A DNA stretch of 61,127 nt, the filler included. It is 13 parts of 13 records of this genome, joined end to end, with 100 filler letters (N's around TTAATTAATTAA, not from the genome) between each part and the next. Parts side by side here need not be neighbours in the genome. Positions count along the whole stretch, not along the records: positions 24,170 to 27,432 come from SRR7504441_952; positions 27,533 to 34,772 come from SRR7504441_955; positions 34,873 to 38,373 come from SRR7504441_958; 10 more parts are not named here. The stretch is one strand, 5' to 3'. The translations under genes were made by a program, and so were the position numbers. Positions 24,170 through 35,728 of the stretch are shown here, piece by piece. The first letter of the stretch is position 1; the number at the start of each line of letters is the position of its first letter. The notes under the pieces were generated by a model, which had not been told where the DNA came from, made no database searches, and saw only the letters and a list, made by a program, of their open reading frames with translations.

Positions 24170-26428
24170 CGCTCAAGCGGTGCCAGGCAGAGCTGGCCGA
24201 GTGCCAGGCCCAGCTAGCCGGCCGTGGGTCGGCTCAGGGCGGCGAAGAGTGCAGGAAGGAGCTGGAGATCTGCCAGGAGCAGCTGGCCCGGTGCCAGAGG
24301 GACGATCGGGTGGAAAAGCGGGAGGCGGACGATGCGCTGCGGGTGTGTCGGGCAGAGAAGCTGCAGCTGCAGAAGCAGTGCGGCTGGCACTTGCAGGAGC
24401 TGGAGGGCGCCAACCGACTGCACAGCCATTGCGAGGCCGAGCTGAGGGCGTGCCAAAAGGAGCTTCTCGCCCTGAAGAAGGAACAGGCCGGACAGCCGGA
24501 ACGGGTGACTGAGACCGAGCCTCTGCGAGATTCGAGCCCGGCAGAGACTACGCCCCCTAAGCAGTCACAGCACTCGCGTCCTCCGCAGCGGAAGACGACG
24601 GGCAAGTCGCTGGGCACGCAGGCATTCACCAGGGGGTTCGCAAAGCTCACTGAGAACGAGCAGCAGCAGGCGGATGCAGAGCTGCGCAGTTCACAGCAGC
24701 AGTACGAGCAGCTCGCGCAGCTCAACAGCCAATACAAACAGCAGCTCGAAACTGCCACCACCGAGCTAGCCGCCTGCAAGCAGCAGCTCGAGCAGCAACC
24801 CAAGGTCAGCTCTCCCGATCCGAGTAGCCCAGAGAGATTCCAGCGGGTTGGCAGACGCGAGCTGCAGAAAACTCAGTTCCAGCTGCGCTGTGCTTTAATG
24901 GACCAGGCCGAGACCGAGAAGCGGTCTGCGGCCCAGGCCAAGGAGCTCGATCACGTGAGGCGGATGCACACAAAGGCTCGCCAAGAGCTTGCCCAATGCA
25001 AGGAACAGCTCAATCGGAAGCCTGAAGCTACAGTTGCCGTGGTCACTGATTGGCCGCGCGCAGAGTCTGCTGGCGCTGCGGCTGGGCCGAGCAGTCCAGA
25101 TGCTGCCCAAGCCGAGCCACAGGACATATTCGCTGCATACAAGTATGAGCTGAACCAGAGTCGACTTGAGTGTGAAGCGCTCAGGAGCCAGCTCAAGGCG
25201 AGTCGCTGCGAGTCCTTGTTGGCTGACTTGTTTGGGGTGCAGGCCCAGGCAAAACCGACCGGCAAAAAGTCACTGAGCACGCAGGCATTCACGAAGGCGT
25301 TTGCCAAGCTCACAGAATCTGAGGCGAACAAGGGAGAGTCTGCCGAATGCGACAAGCTTAGAGGGCAGATGAAGGCTTGTACAGGCCATGAAGCTGGCCT
25401 GACTGTGTTGGGGGCAGAAGCAGGAGCTGGAGCTGGAGGAAAGCAGGAGGTTGCTCGGGCAGTGCCAGCGCGAGTTGGAGGCTTGCAGCCGTCAACTGCA
25501 GCTGTGCTGGAACGAACAGGGGCCTCGCAGAGTGAGACATGGCTCTCGGCGTGCCTGAGTGGTGGGGACTGTAGGTGAATGACGCGCCAACTCAAGACGA
25601 GAGGGATGCTTATAGGGATATGTGTCAGAAGCAGGCCGACCAGCTCAAGGCACTGGCTAAGCAGATCCAGGGCTTTCAGGCAGAGCTCAACACGCTCATC
25701 CGCGAGTTTGCGCCGTTGCGGCTCGAGGCAGAGCTCCGCAGCACTCGTGAAGTGCTCGTGCTGTACAGGCAGCTAGAGGCCATGGCTATCAGCAATCATG
25801 GCCTGTTCGAGAGGCTTCAGCCTTTTGTGTGGAGCTGGAGAATCGGCTGTCTCGAGGCGCAGACTGATCATGGCTCGCACAACCCGCAGGCAGCAGATGC
25901 AGCTGCAGCCAGTCCCACACACTCAGGCCGTGTGCTCTCTCGATCATTCAAAGGATGGGAAACCCAAATGACGGATCGAGTAGCCTCTCAGCAGATGCTG
26001 TTACAGAACAAACAGGCGGAGGCCGATGCGGCCACCGCTGCTTTGGGTGTAGAGCGGGCCAAAACTAGTGATCTCGAATCCAAATTGGAAATGGCACGGG
26101 CCTCGTTTGCTGCTCTGAAGCTGGATTTCCAGGCAAGTCCACATTGCATGTTTTTCCAGCTGAGGAACTGTGCTGGCAGGTCATCAAGTCCCGGCATCTT
26201 CAAAGGATTTCGGAACTAACAGCGATAGTGAATGAGAAAGTGGAGGAGTATCAGACTCTAGACGAGCTTTATCGCAACAAACTGCAGACGGCTCATCCAA
26301 TGGACACTTGGGCCATGAAGACACAGCAAGAGCTGCATGCCAAGGCTGCAGTGATCAAAGAGTTGTTGGCAGCTGCAAGAAACCTTGATGATGCGAAGAC
26401 AGAGGAACCATGGTCAAAAATTGAGTGA
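24170..26428 (+). CDS. Long coiled-coil protein, 5'-partial, at least 3 introns (two GC-AG)
   Basis: ELxxC heptad-rich ORFs 24310, 25575 and 26144 are joined by introns 25375-25417 (GC-AG), about 25532-25574 (GT-AG) and 26133-26179 (GC-AG). Confidence 0.65.
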
Positions 26429-27020
26429 AATTCTAGATATAGTGTAGTGCTCTTTAAATTTGTACTATAATAAGTATTTGAAATAATCCGAGATGCGGCT
26501 ATCTTTCTAATCTTCGGGGAGTCTTGCTGCATTGTCTTGGACCGTCTCTCCTCTCCCCTCGATTCCATAGCCTTGTGAACTCATAGCACACAATTAGTTC
26601 AAGTTTGGCGCGCTTGCAAGTCTTCGTTTAATTTGGATCCACGGATCCACAGCTTTCCGTTGCTCAAATCCCGGGAAGCCAATAGCGCCGCGAAAGAAGG
26701 TGGTACCCTGGGCGGTGAAGAGTTCCAAATTTACCCCGGGCGATTACGACTTGGAGTGGCTCCAGAAGGACCAGAAGCACAAGATGACCGAGAAGGCGAC
26801 CCAAACGGGCCATCGCTGCGACACTAAGGGGCTTGCGCTGGTGAAGTCGCGCCATCTCAGGAGATAGGCACCAACGTCGGCGAAATGCTGACTGTCGACC
26901 TGACCAAGACAAGGATTACGTACACTGGCCACCCCCAGTTCGGGTCGTTAGGGCAGCCCAAAGGTACTAAGCCTTGCTCGTATTGCGCCTAATCTAACTC
27001 TTCTCTTCACAGGCATCATC

Positions 27021-27389
27021 ATGTACAAACTTTGCGAGGATGGCTACTTCGACGCAAGGATGGTCAAGTTCGTCGAGATCGTCCTTGGGTGGGATCGTCG
27101 TGCCTGCTTGGAGAAATTGAAGGAAGCTTTGGCACCCAAGTGGGTACACAGTGGGAGCAGCACAGGACAAACGATCGACAACATTGACAACAACAACAAC
27201 TGGCGGTTGATGATTGATGATCGACAAGCGACAACAATTCCCGCGGTCCTTGGGCCAGCTGCGGGCGGTCTGGTGCGGCTGCAAGCTCCGTTCCGGCGTG
27301 ACGTCCAGCGCGGTCTGGTGCAGTCCCCCGGGGAGCTGGGGTCGCCGACCAAGCTGGCAGGCGGAGCGCGGGGTGTGGCGCAGGACTGA
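27021..27389 (+). CDS. Hypothetical protein / exon fragment
   Basis: 122-aa ORF preceded by an acceptor-like TCTAAC...TTCACAG. No family recognised. Confidence 0.25.
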   Translation: MYKLCEDGYFDARMVKFVEIVLGWDRRACLEKLKEALAPKWVHSGSSTGQTIDNIDNNNNWRLMIDDRQATTIPAVLGPAAGGLVRLQAPFRRDVQRGLVQSPGELGSPTKLAGGARGVAQD

Positions 27390-27840
27390 GGAGGACACGG
27401 GGGCGGCTGCTGCCCGGGCGCAGTGTTGAAGCNNNNNNNNNNNNNNNNNNNNNNNNNNNNNNNNNNNNNNNNNNNNTTAATTAATTAANNNNNNNNNNNN
27501 NNNNNNNNNNNNNNNNNNNNNNNNNNNNNNNNACCAGAATCAACAGCATAAACAAATTGCCTTTTTTTTCACGCGTGGGAACTGGAGAGGGTGGGCTAGA
27601 TCCACCCGATCCACCACGCCAACGCCACCATCAGATTGCACCACTTCTGCCGAGCCTCGGCGTCTTCCGAGGTGATTATTCACTCGAGGTGACTATTCAA
27701 CTATAAGAGTACGATTGAGTGCGCCATTACATTCAAATGCCCTTACCCGGCTTAGAATTTCAGCCAGCTGCCTATATCATTAGCTGGCCAGCTTTGACTT
27801 GCCCTTGAGGCTGTCAGGCATTTAGTGCACTTGCAATTGG

Positions 27841-30156
27841 TTAGCTCCGTTTTGTGCGGACCTTAGTGATGATGCCTACAGCAATTGTGACACCGGCCTG
27901 CCGCACCATAAATCTGCCCATTGCGCGGTTTGCAGCAAACTCCTCCATGCACAGCTGTCAACACCCCCATCATGCAAACACAAGGTGCGAGTGTATCTCA
28001 CCAATTGCTCGGTCGAAATCTCAACTTGCGCCATTGTATCGCTTCGCAAGCATCGGGGCTTCTTCTGTGCCACCTCCCCACCCTTGCCCAGAATTCCAAT
28101 CAGCTTGCTGAACGTGGCAGCTCGTTCACAGCCCTGCAAATCCCGGAGTTAGCTGAGACAGCAAGAGCAGGCCACCTGCATGAACAGCGACACAGACTGC
28201 CCTCGCAAGATCGGCACAGACAGCTCCAGGACCTGCCTGTCTGATCACAGCCGGGCTGCCGGGCACGCACCGCAATCTGGGCTTCGAACCTCTGTGCCAT
28301 CCTCACCTGGGGGAGGCTTACGAGGCAGCCAGCGGTGGGCTCGCCATGTGCTGCGGATCACAGACTACATCTCCGACCGACAGCGTGTTGAGCTCGACCC
28401 CCGTCACCCCGACGTCAACGTTGTCGCCAGCAAACCCCCATCCGACTGCAGTGCCGTCGACCTCAATCCCCTGAGAGCCACAGTTAGGCCTCGAGTGAGG
28501 GCATTGCGTGCCTTGATGGTGGCCACAAGCAGCTGAGGCAGAATCGCCACCTTGTCTCCTGGGCGCAGAGAACCGGACTCGACCTAGCTCGTAGCTGAGG
28601 CAGCGCAGAGCAGCCGAGGTACCTTGCCCGCGAAGGCCACGCCTAGAGTGTTGGAGGCACTCTTGAACGCATCAGTGATGCACAGCCGAAGAGGGGCCTG
28701 CAGAGAGGTTTGATCCGGGGCGACCGGCAGCCCGCCTCGTAGTGGCGCGCAGGCGGCTCGAGTGCGTCAATCGCTTGCACCACACTCACCCCTTGAGAGT
28801 ACCACTCGCATAGCTGAGCGGTCTGGCTGGGTTCGACCAGGTTGTCAGCTGTTAATCCACTCACCTGCGTTCGATTGAGGCTACAGCCGGCGATGCACGC
28901 ACGGGCACAAACGTGATGTTCTTAGGCTTGAACCCGACCCCTCTGCTGGTCAGAAACTCGGTCAGCTGGCTCGAGATGCTCTCAAACCTTGCTACCCAGT
29001 CAGCGCCGGCTACGGGAGCGCTCTGACCGGGTCTGATTCCACGCGCACAGCTCCATCTTGTTCACTGCCACCACCAGCTGGACCACCCCAAGCGACCTGA
29101 GCAGCTGCGCATGCTCCCTCGTCTGCCCGCCCTGCCCGCCAGTCGGCCCTACTGACTGGGTCGAGCTGGGACCTGTGAGAATCCTGCTTCAAACTGGCCC
29201 TCAGCCGCGTCCACGACCAGAAGCGCCACGTCCGCTTGAGCCACCCCGGATATCATGTTGGGGATGAAGTCCCGGTGCCCCGGCGCATCCAGCACCGTCA
29301 CCTGCAGCCCGATTGGCCCGGCCAGCCGCCCTGCGCACCGATCGGTTCTCTGTCTCAAACGAGCGCACAGCCACATCGATGGTGACGCCGCGGCTGCGCT
29401 CGGCCTCCTGCTGATCTAGCACCCAGGCGTATCGGAACGACGCCTGCCGGCCCGGCTAGCCTGTGGGGACGGGAGCGTGGCACCTTGCCGATGGCCTTGG
29501 CGTCCTTTTCAAACTTGTGGAGGGTCTTCTGCGAGACCTGCGCCGCCGGTGACCGATGGAGCACGGCCCATGGAGCCTGGCCGAGCTCGCACAGCAGACG
29601 GCCCACCAGCGTCGACTTGCCGGCGTCCACGTGACCCACTACCACCAGGCTTACCCGCGTCTTACTCTCCGCGCCCTGCACAAATCAGCCGCAGCAGGCC
29701 TGGCGCCGCACCCGCGCAGCAAGCGCCTGGCTAATCTCCGCTTGGAGCTTGGCGTTGGTCGGCCGCTGGGCGGTCTGGAGCATTTCCTCCAGCTTGGCCT
29801 GCCGCTGGCTGAGTACCCGAGCCCCCGGCGGCCTGGACCTCACGCAAGGTATGGCTGCGCTGCAGGCTGGCGCCGCGCTCCACAGCCGGCTCCTCGGCTG
29901 GGGCCGGGGCCGGAGACTCTGGGGCAGGCGACTTGGGGTTGGCCGGCTTGGGCTTGGGCTTGGGCTTTGACGTGTTGGCTGGCGGGGCTGGCGGGGCTGG
30001 TGGGGCGGCCGGCTGGTCAGCTGGCGGCTGCTGCTGCCACTGCTGGTCGTTCGTGGCCCAGTCGGCCTGGTTGGAGTCGTACGACTCGCCGTACCACTCG
30101 TCGTCGTACCCGTCGTCGAAATCGTCGGCGTCATAGGCGCCAATGTGGCGCGGCAT
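27841..30156 (-). CDS. HBS1L: HBS1-like translational GTPase (eEF1A/eRF3 family), about 10 introns
   Basis: N-terminus [20 protein letters not shown]1 [71 protein letters not shown]-terminus [18 protein letters not shown]. Stop at 27841-27843. Confidence 0.92.
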
Positions 30157-30277
30157 CTCGGGATGAGGCGAGGGAGCTGGGAGCGGGGACGGAGGGCAAC
30201 TGGGGCAAGGCGGGCTGCGGCTGGAGCAGCAACGGACTTTTTTGCGTGCAGCTCTTGGCTTCGACAAGAGGCATAGA

Positions 30278-31492
30278 ATGATGAGAGCGGCTCTGGCGCT
30301 GGCGCTGGTAGCGGCGGCCTATGCGGCCCCCAAGTGCAAGATGCCCTCTGACGCCTACCCCCCGGCTCTGGCCCCACTCCGAGACGGGACGGCCAAGAAC
30401 GTGACTTGGGTCTCAGTGGACCTTGACGCCGACCCGACCCAGCGCTGGCAGCACGTCGTGGCTCCGTACAGCCGCCAGATCTCCCAACTGATGGACGTCA
30501 TCATCCGCACCGTCCAGGAGGTGCTCGGTCAGGACCGTTACCGCAGCCTGCTCGCCAGCTTCGACCGTCGGATGACCGAGTACACCACCAATCTTCCCGG
30601 GGACTACGGCAAGGAGCTGGGCGGCATCGCCAACGCGACTGGCCTGGACCCGGCTCTGGTGCTGCTGTACAATGTGTTCTATACCGTTTTCGGGGCCTGT
30701 ACCTCGATCGTGGCCCAGGACGGCCATGGGTCGATCTATCACGCGCGCAATCTGGACTTCGGACTGTGGCCGGCCCTCGACCTGAAGAACGGCTCGTTCT
30801 GGGAACTGGCCACTGTGCTCCGGCCGCTGGTGGTGAATGTCAACGTGCACCGGTCAGGCAAGCCCATCTACAGCACTACCACCTACCGAGGGTTTGTGGG
30901 GCTTTCGACCGCAGTCAGGCCAGGTTCATTCTCTATCACACTCAACACCCGGTTTGATGACCATCTGGACGCCGGGTTGCTCCGGTGGCTGCGCGATCCG
31001 GCCGAGGCGCATGTGGACTCGACTCTCGGGCTGAGGCATATCATGGAGACTGTTGATAGTTACCCTGATGCGTTGAGCGCAGTCACAGCTGCCCAGTTTA
31101 TTGGGCCAGCTTACGTGATTCTGGGAGGGGTCAAGCCCGGCGAGGGCGCGGTGCTGACCAAGGGGGCCGCGGGGCTGCTCAAACCGGACGGCGAGACTGT
31201 GGATGTGGTGCTGCTTGCGGATGCGCTTAAGAACGGGACGAGCTATGTGCTGCAGACGAATTACGACAACTGGAAGCCGGCGCCGTGGTTTGACAACCGA
31301 CGGGATCCGGGCAAGCTGTGCATGGACAAGCTCGGACCCGACGGGACTGGGTTCGCGGGGCTGTACAATGTGCTGCAAGGGAAACCGAACTTGAACCGGC
31401 TGACCACCTTCAGCACGTTGATGCAAGTGGCGACAGGCCGGCTGGAGACGTACAGACAGCTGTGCGACACGCTCGACTGTCCGTTGTTTTGA
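30278..31492 (+). CDS. ASAH1: Acid ceramidase / NAAA-like Ntn-hydrolase (secreted/lysosomal)
   Basis: Signal peptide MMRAALALALVAAAYA, VDLDADPTQRW, catalytic GACTSIVAQD...YHARNLDFG, FSITLNTRF, VLQTNYDNW...DNRR and PNLNRLTTFSTLM. Intronless. Confidence 0.88.
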   Translation: MMRAALALALVAAAYAAPKCKMPSDAYPPALAPLRDGTAKNVTWVSVDLDADPTQRWQHVVAPYSRQISQLMDVIIRTVQEVLGQDRYRSLLASFDRRMTEYTTNLPGDYGKELGGIANATGLDPALVLLYNVFYTVFGACTSIVAQDGHGSIYHARNLDFGLWPALDLKNGSFWELATVLRPLVVNVNVHRSGKPIYSTTTYRGFVGLSTAVRPGSFSITLNTRFDDHLDAGLLRWLRDPAEAHVDSTLGLRHIMETVDSYPDALSAVTAAQFIGPAYVILGGVKPGEGAVLTKGAAGLLKPDGETVDVVLLADALKNGTSYVLQTNYDNWKPAPWFDNRRDPGKLCMDKLGPDGTGFAGLYNVLQGKPNLNRLTTFSTLMQVATGRLETYRQLCDTLDCPLF

Positions 31493-31722
31493 GTCGAGCG
31501 TTGAGGGGATATTCACTAGGTTCCAAGCGTTGGTCTCTTGATTGAGATCTACTCATTATTACTTTTTCTCTATGTAGAACATTATCGATACAATAGATAG
31601 ATCTGTTATTCTCTAATGGATACTGTACAGTCATGCACAATTGCCAAGTCGTGCTTTGGCGGACAGCTGCTTTTTATTTCAAGGCAATGAGTATCGCAAC
31701 TATGCTTTTTATGATTGTGCGC

Positions 31723-32842
31723 TCATAGCAAACTCGTTTTGTTGTAGAGATTGATTTGATTTGGCATTGATTTGTCAAGAGTCACATGCAAGCTGGGGCA
31801 GGCCTCCCCTTGGGTGAGCAGCTCGTGCAGCCGCCTGTCCACCCGGACGCAGCAGCTCTGCAGCCGGTCCCTCAGCTCTCTCAGCTCCGCATAGTCCACG
31901 TGCCCCTCATCAGTAAGTAGCACAATCCTTTGCATAAACAACAAGTAATTGCTCATCTGCTGCACCTGTCCGCACTCGCCTCCTCTCCCCCCGCGCCCGC
32001 ACAAACCGGCATCATCAGCAGCCGCTTCAGGCTGACGCCGCCCTGCTCGAGCTGCCGTTGCTCAATCTTCTCCACAGCGAGCCTCATCTCATCGCTCAGT
32101 TCTGCCCCCAGCGAGCTGCTCTGCCGCATATCCTGTGTGCTCCCTTTCGCCCGCCTCTGCATCTGGCCCGCGCCCTCGGCCCCGCACCCCGGCGCGAGCC
32201 ACCTGCGTCAGCCCGGCCGCACACTCGACATACTCCAAGTAGAGCCGATCTAGTGTATCACACACTCGCCCGAATATACCGGGCAGCCCCGGCTGCTGCT
32301 CCCGAGTCAGGCTCGCGCGCAGGTCTTGCAGTTGCTCAAGCTCTGTGCCGATCTGCCGGTGAGCGGCCCTCAGCTTGTGCACCTGCACAGCACTCAGCCT
32401 GCCCCTCGGGAGGCGGGTGGCCTGGCCTAGCGTACTCCGCAGGAGCAAGGCCACCCGGTGCTGCAGCTGATCTGCTGGCAGCCGTTCGATCATCGGGGCC
32501 AGGTACTCGTTCGCCAGCATGTCCAGCTTCTTGCTGTAGCTCAGCTCCCTCAGCTCCAGCTCTTGCACCACCGACGCCCGCGTCCGGTAGGCCCGCAGGT
32601 CGGCCATCCCCAGAGACGACTTGCGCACAACGGAAACCTGCAACGGCACTGACCTCGCCTCTCCGGGGCCGCACCAGGCTGGCCAGGCGCCTCCGGAGCA
32701 TCGCCTGCTTGACCGCGCGCTTGAGCACCTCGCGCAGTCGCCCGGTGGGGGCGGGTAGGTTGGCGCGCAGCTCCTCAACACTCAGACCCTCGCTCACCGC
32801 GCCGTCGCTCGAGTTGCAGCAGCCGAGCATCGCGTTACCCAT
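31723..32842 (-). CDS. Small DH-domain (RhoGEF) protein with N-terminal acylation motif, several introns
   Basis: Starts MGNAMLGCC. DH motifs RASVVQELELRELSYSKKLDML and LKRLLMMP|VQQMSNYLLFMQRIVLLTDEGHVDY across short GT-AG introns. The 3' end is approximate. Confidence 0.65.
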
Positions 32843-32940
32843 CGCAGCCGAGTGCCTCAGGTGCCTGCGGTTGAGATAGCCGGTGCACCGTCCCGCGGTG
32901 CTGCGATAACGGCAGCCTCCGCGCGGGAGATTGACCTCAC

Positions 32941-34152
32941 ATGGAGCGTCAGACGCTTCTCATTGTGGGCGGGGCGGGGTACATCGGATCCACGGTGGGC
33001 CGGCCCTGGGGCCAGCTCAGCGCTTGCGGCAGGTGGCCTTCCGGGCGCTCAGCCAAAGCTCTTTCAAGGTCATCGTCTTCGATCGGCTGATGTACACCGG
33101 CAGTTCACTCTACCCGTTCTTCGCGATGGAGGACCGCTTCGAGTTCGTCCACGGCGACTGCCGGATGCCCAAGCAGCAGTGGGTGGCGCTGCTCAAGGCC
33201 AAGAAGGTCGACTTCGTCTTCAACGCCGCCGCGCTGGTCGGAGAGCACATTTGTAAGAAGTACCCGCAGGATGCCCAGCAGATCAATGAGGATGCCAGCA
33301 TCGAGATCGCAGAGGCGGCCGCGCTGGCCGGTGCCCGGACCGCCCGGCCCGACGGCTCAGCTCCGGCCTGCAGGCTGCAAGCGGTACATTTTTGCCTCGA
33401 CCTGCTCCAACTTTGGCAAAACCGAGGATTTCGTGGATGAAACTGCGCCCACCTTCGCGCTATCGCTGTACGCCTCGACGTGAGCGGCCGGCGGTGCGGG
33501 CCAGGCTTACTGTGGGGGCAGTAAGATTAACACCGAGAACTATCTGATGAGTCCTCAAACCTGCCCCGGGATGGCCTGCACGGCACTCCGGTTCGCTACA
33601 ATCTACGGGCTGGCGTCGCGTGTCCGTTTTGACCTGCTGGTTCATGAATTCATCCGGGACGCCTGGAGTCAGGGCAAGCTGGAGGTGTATGGGCCTGACG
33701 GCTGGTGCGCTGTGTGCCGGGTTGGGCTGATCATTGGGCGCAGGCGGCCTTTCCTTCATGTTGACGATGCAGCACGGGCAGTGATAATGGTCTGCGAGCA
33801 GCACGCAAGCCTTCCAGCCAAGGAAATCTACAATGTGGGCGATACTAAGCAGAACTTTCAGAAGAAGGAGCTGGCCGAGCTGGTCAAGGCACGGCTGCCC
33901 CAAGCGGAGTTAGTGTACAACCACAAGGCCGTGGACAAACGGTCGTACAAAGTCGATTTTAAGAAGATTCGGGAGGCGCTCGGGTTTGAGGCGATTCACA
34001 ACGTGAATGTGTCTGTCGATCAGATATGTGCTGGGCTCGAGTCTGGGCTGGTCACGGTGACTGAGCTCGAGGAGAGTGTGAACGTCGGGAAAGACGACAG
34101 TATCCGGCAGGACACCACGGCACATGTGCACAAGCCGAGGTCGCGCCTCTGA
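32941..34152 (+). CDS. NAD-dependent epimerase/dehydratase (extended SDR), 4 introns
   Basis: Spliced protein MERQTLLIVGGAGYIGST..., AALVGE, YIFASTCSNFG, catalytic YxxxK (SLYASTK), LRFATIYG...RFDLLVHEF and WRPFLHVDDAA. GT-AG introns at 32995-33032, 33331-33373, 33480-33521 and 33705-33743. Confidence 0.9.
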
Positions 34153-34334
34153 CGCGGCGTAGGGGGATGACACTGTTGACCTTACCTAGCTGTGCGTGTA
34201 TACTCATACTCGAGTATGGGTGCTGAAAAGTACTCGTGCAGTACTCGTACCGTGACAATTAAAAACACACGTTATTTACTACACTATATACACTTGCACT
34301 CTGTGCGGTTGCTCGACTGTGAGCGGGAATCTAG

Positions 34335-34772
34335 CTATATCTTGAGGCTCCCCGGCGCTAACCGGCCTCCACGACCACCTCCACCAGCTCCACCGCCATA
34401 CCCCGCGTTCGCCTCCGCCCTAGCGCATACCCCCGGCCGCTCCGGCGCCGGCCCCACGCTCATATCCACCAGAAAGTTCATCACAGACCCTGTTGACCGC
34501 CCGAAGGGGTCCCCTGGCACGCCCGGCAAGGGACCCAGCCTGTGCAGGGCTTCCTCGGCGTCGGCGTCCGTCCATAACGAGCACCGTCGCTTCCTGTGGC
34601 GGCGGTGCTCGCTGTGAAGGCAGTCATCCGACGCGGCGTGGTCCGCGCACGCGGGCGGCTGCTTGCTGGCCTGGACGCACTCCGCGCACCTCGGGCTCTT
34701 GGACTTCTTCTGAGTCTTGGAGAACTCGCCTGGCTTCTTCTGCGCGCCACAGTCGTTGCAGGTGAGCCCCGA
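34335..34772 (-). CDS. 3' part of a protein with a Stc1-like C4 zinc finger (5'-truncated)
   Basis: LTCNDCGAQKKPGEFSKTQKKSKSPRCAECV (CxxC...FSKxQ...RCxxC) at the contig edge. The exon structure downstream is unresolved. Confidence 0.4.
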   Translation of the reverse strand, partial: SGLTCNDCGAQKKPGEFSKTQKKSKSPRCAECVQASKQPPACADHAASDDCLHSEHRRHRKRRCSLWTDADAEEALHRLGPLPGVPGDPFGRSTGSVMNFLVDMSVGPAPERPGVCARAEANAGYGGGAGGGGRGGRLAPGSLKI

Positions 34773-34872
34773 NNNNNNNNNNNNNNNNNNNNNNNNNNNN
34801 NNNNNNNNNNNNNNNNTTAATTAATTAANNNNNNNNNNNNNNNNNNNNNNNNNNNNNNNNNNNNNNNNNNNN

Positions 34873-35599
34873 AGCGCCCTGAGTGGATCCTCCTGCAGAG
34901 TGCTGTCTGGGTCGGCGGGTGAGCGGAGCACTCGGTTAGCTAGGTCCTCCAATCCGAGTCCTGCCCTCGTTCCGGCCCCGGCACACCGCGCAATCCACCA
35001 GTCGGGTCCTCCACCGTCTCAGAGTGCAGGTTGTAAAAGAGCGCATTCACGCTCAGATCCCGCCTGGCCGGCGCCATCGCCGGCGCCCCTCGCCACCCAG
35101 TCCACCTGCTCGCGTCCTGCGCGGGGGTGCCGGTCTCCACCGTCGGTATGCGCGAGTCCTCCGCGTACTGCTCCGCACGCAATCCGGCGAGGTCGACCTC
35201 GCTGCCAGGCCGGCTGGGAGCGGCCAGTGGGGGCACTGATTACAATCCGCCCAGGTGCACAGTGGCCGTCTCTAGATGCTTGGACTGCGCCGGATTGGAG
35301 CGGACGATCCCCACACCGCCAACCCTGCCGACCGTCCCCTACGGCAGCTGGCGGCGGCTACTCCGGATGACGATCGCGCACCGCCTCGGCGAACTCAGCA
35401 CCAGTGGCTCCAGCCACGGCGATGTCGATGTCGGTGGTGGGGCGGCCGAGCAGCTTGTCGCGAACCCAGCCACCGGCCACCTGCTGCCACTGGCGGCCCG
35501 CTGGGAGCCGCGCGGCACCCGGAGCTGAACGCCCGGCCCGGCCGCCCTGAGCAGCACCCGGAACACCGCCGCCTCTGCCCGGGTGGGCCTGATCTTCAT
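34873..35599 (-). CDS. CCA1: CCA-adding tRNA nucleotidyltransferase (class II), 3'-truncated, multi-intron
   Basis: Spliced motifs LR|VAGGWVRDKLLG...DIDIA, NPAQSKHLETATV, EVDLAGLRAEQYAEDSRIP...GTPAQDA, RRDLSVNALFYN...VEDPTG and EDPLRA. Confidence 0.88.
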
Positions 35600-35728
35600 A
35601 ACCTCGAGCACACCGCCATCCCAACCACAGACTGCCGCACCAGCCAAGCCGGCTCCACTGCAGGGTGCTGTTTGACTGGCTTCTTTTTCTGAGCGGCCGC
35701 GGGTGGCGCTTCTAGGCGCTTCGTCTGC

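Noticed and set aside
34873-35599. Second nucleotidyltransferase as a partner of the OAS-like gene
   Set aside because: It is an ordinary class II CCA-adding enzyme on a different contig.
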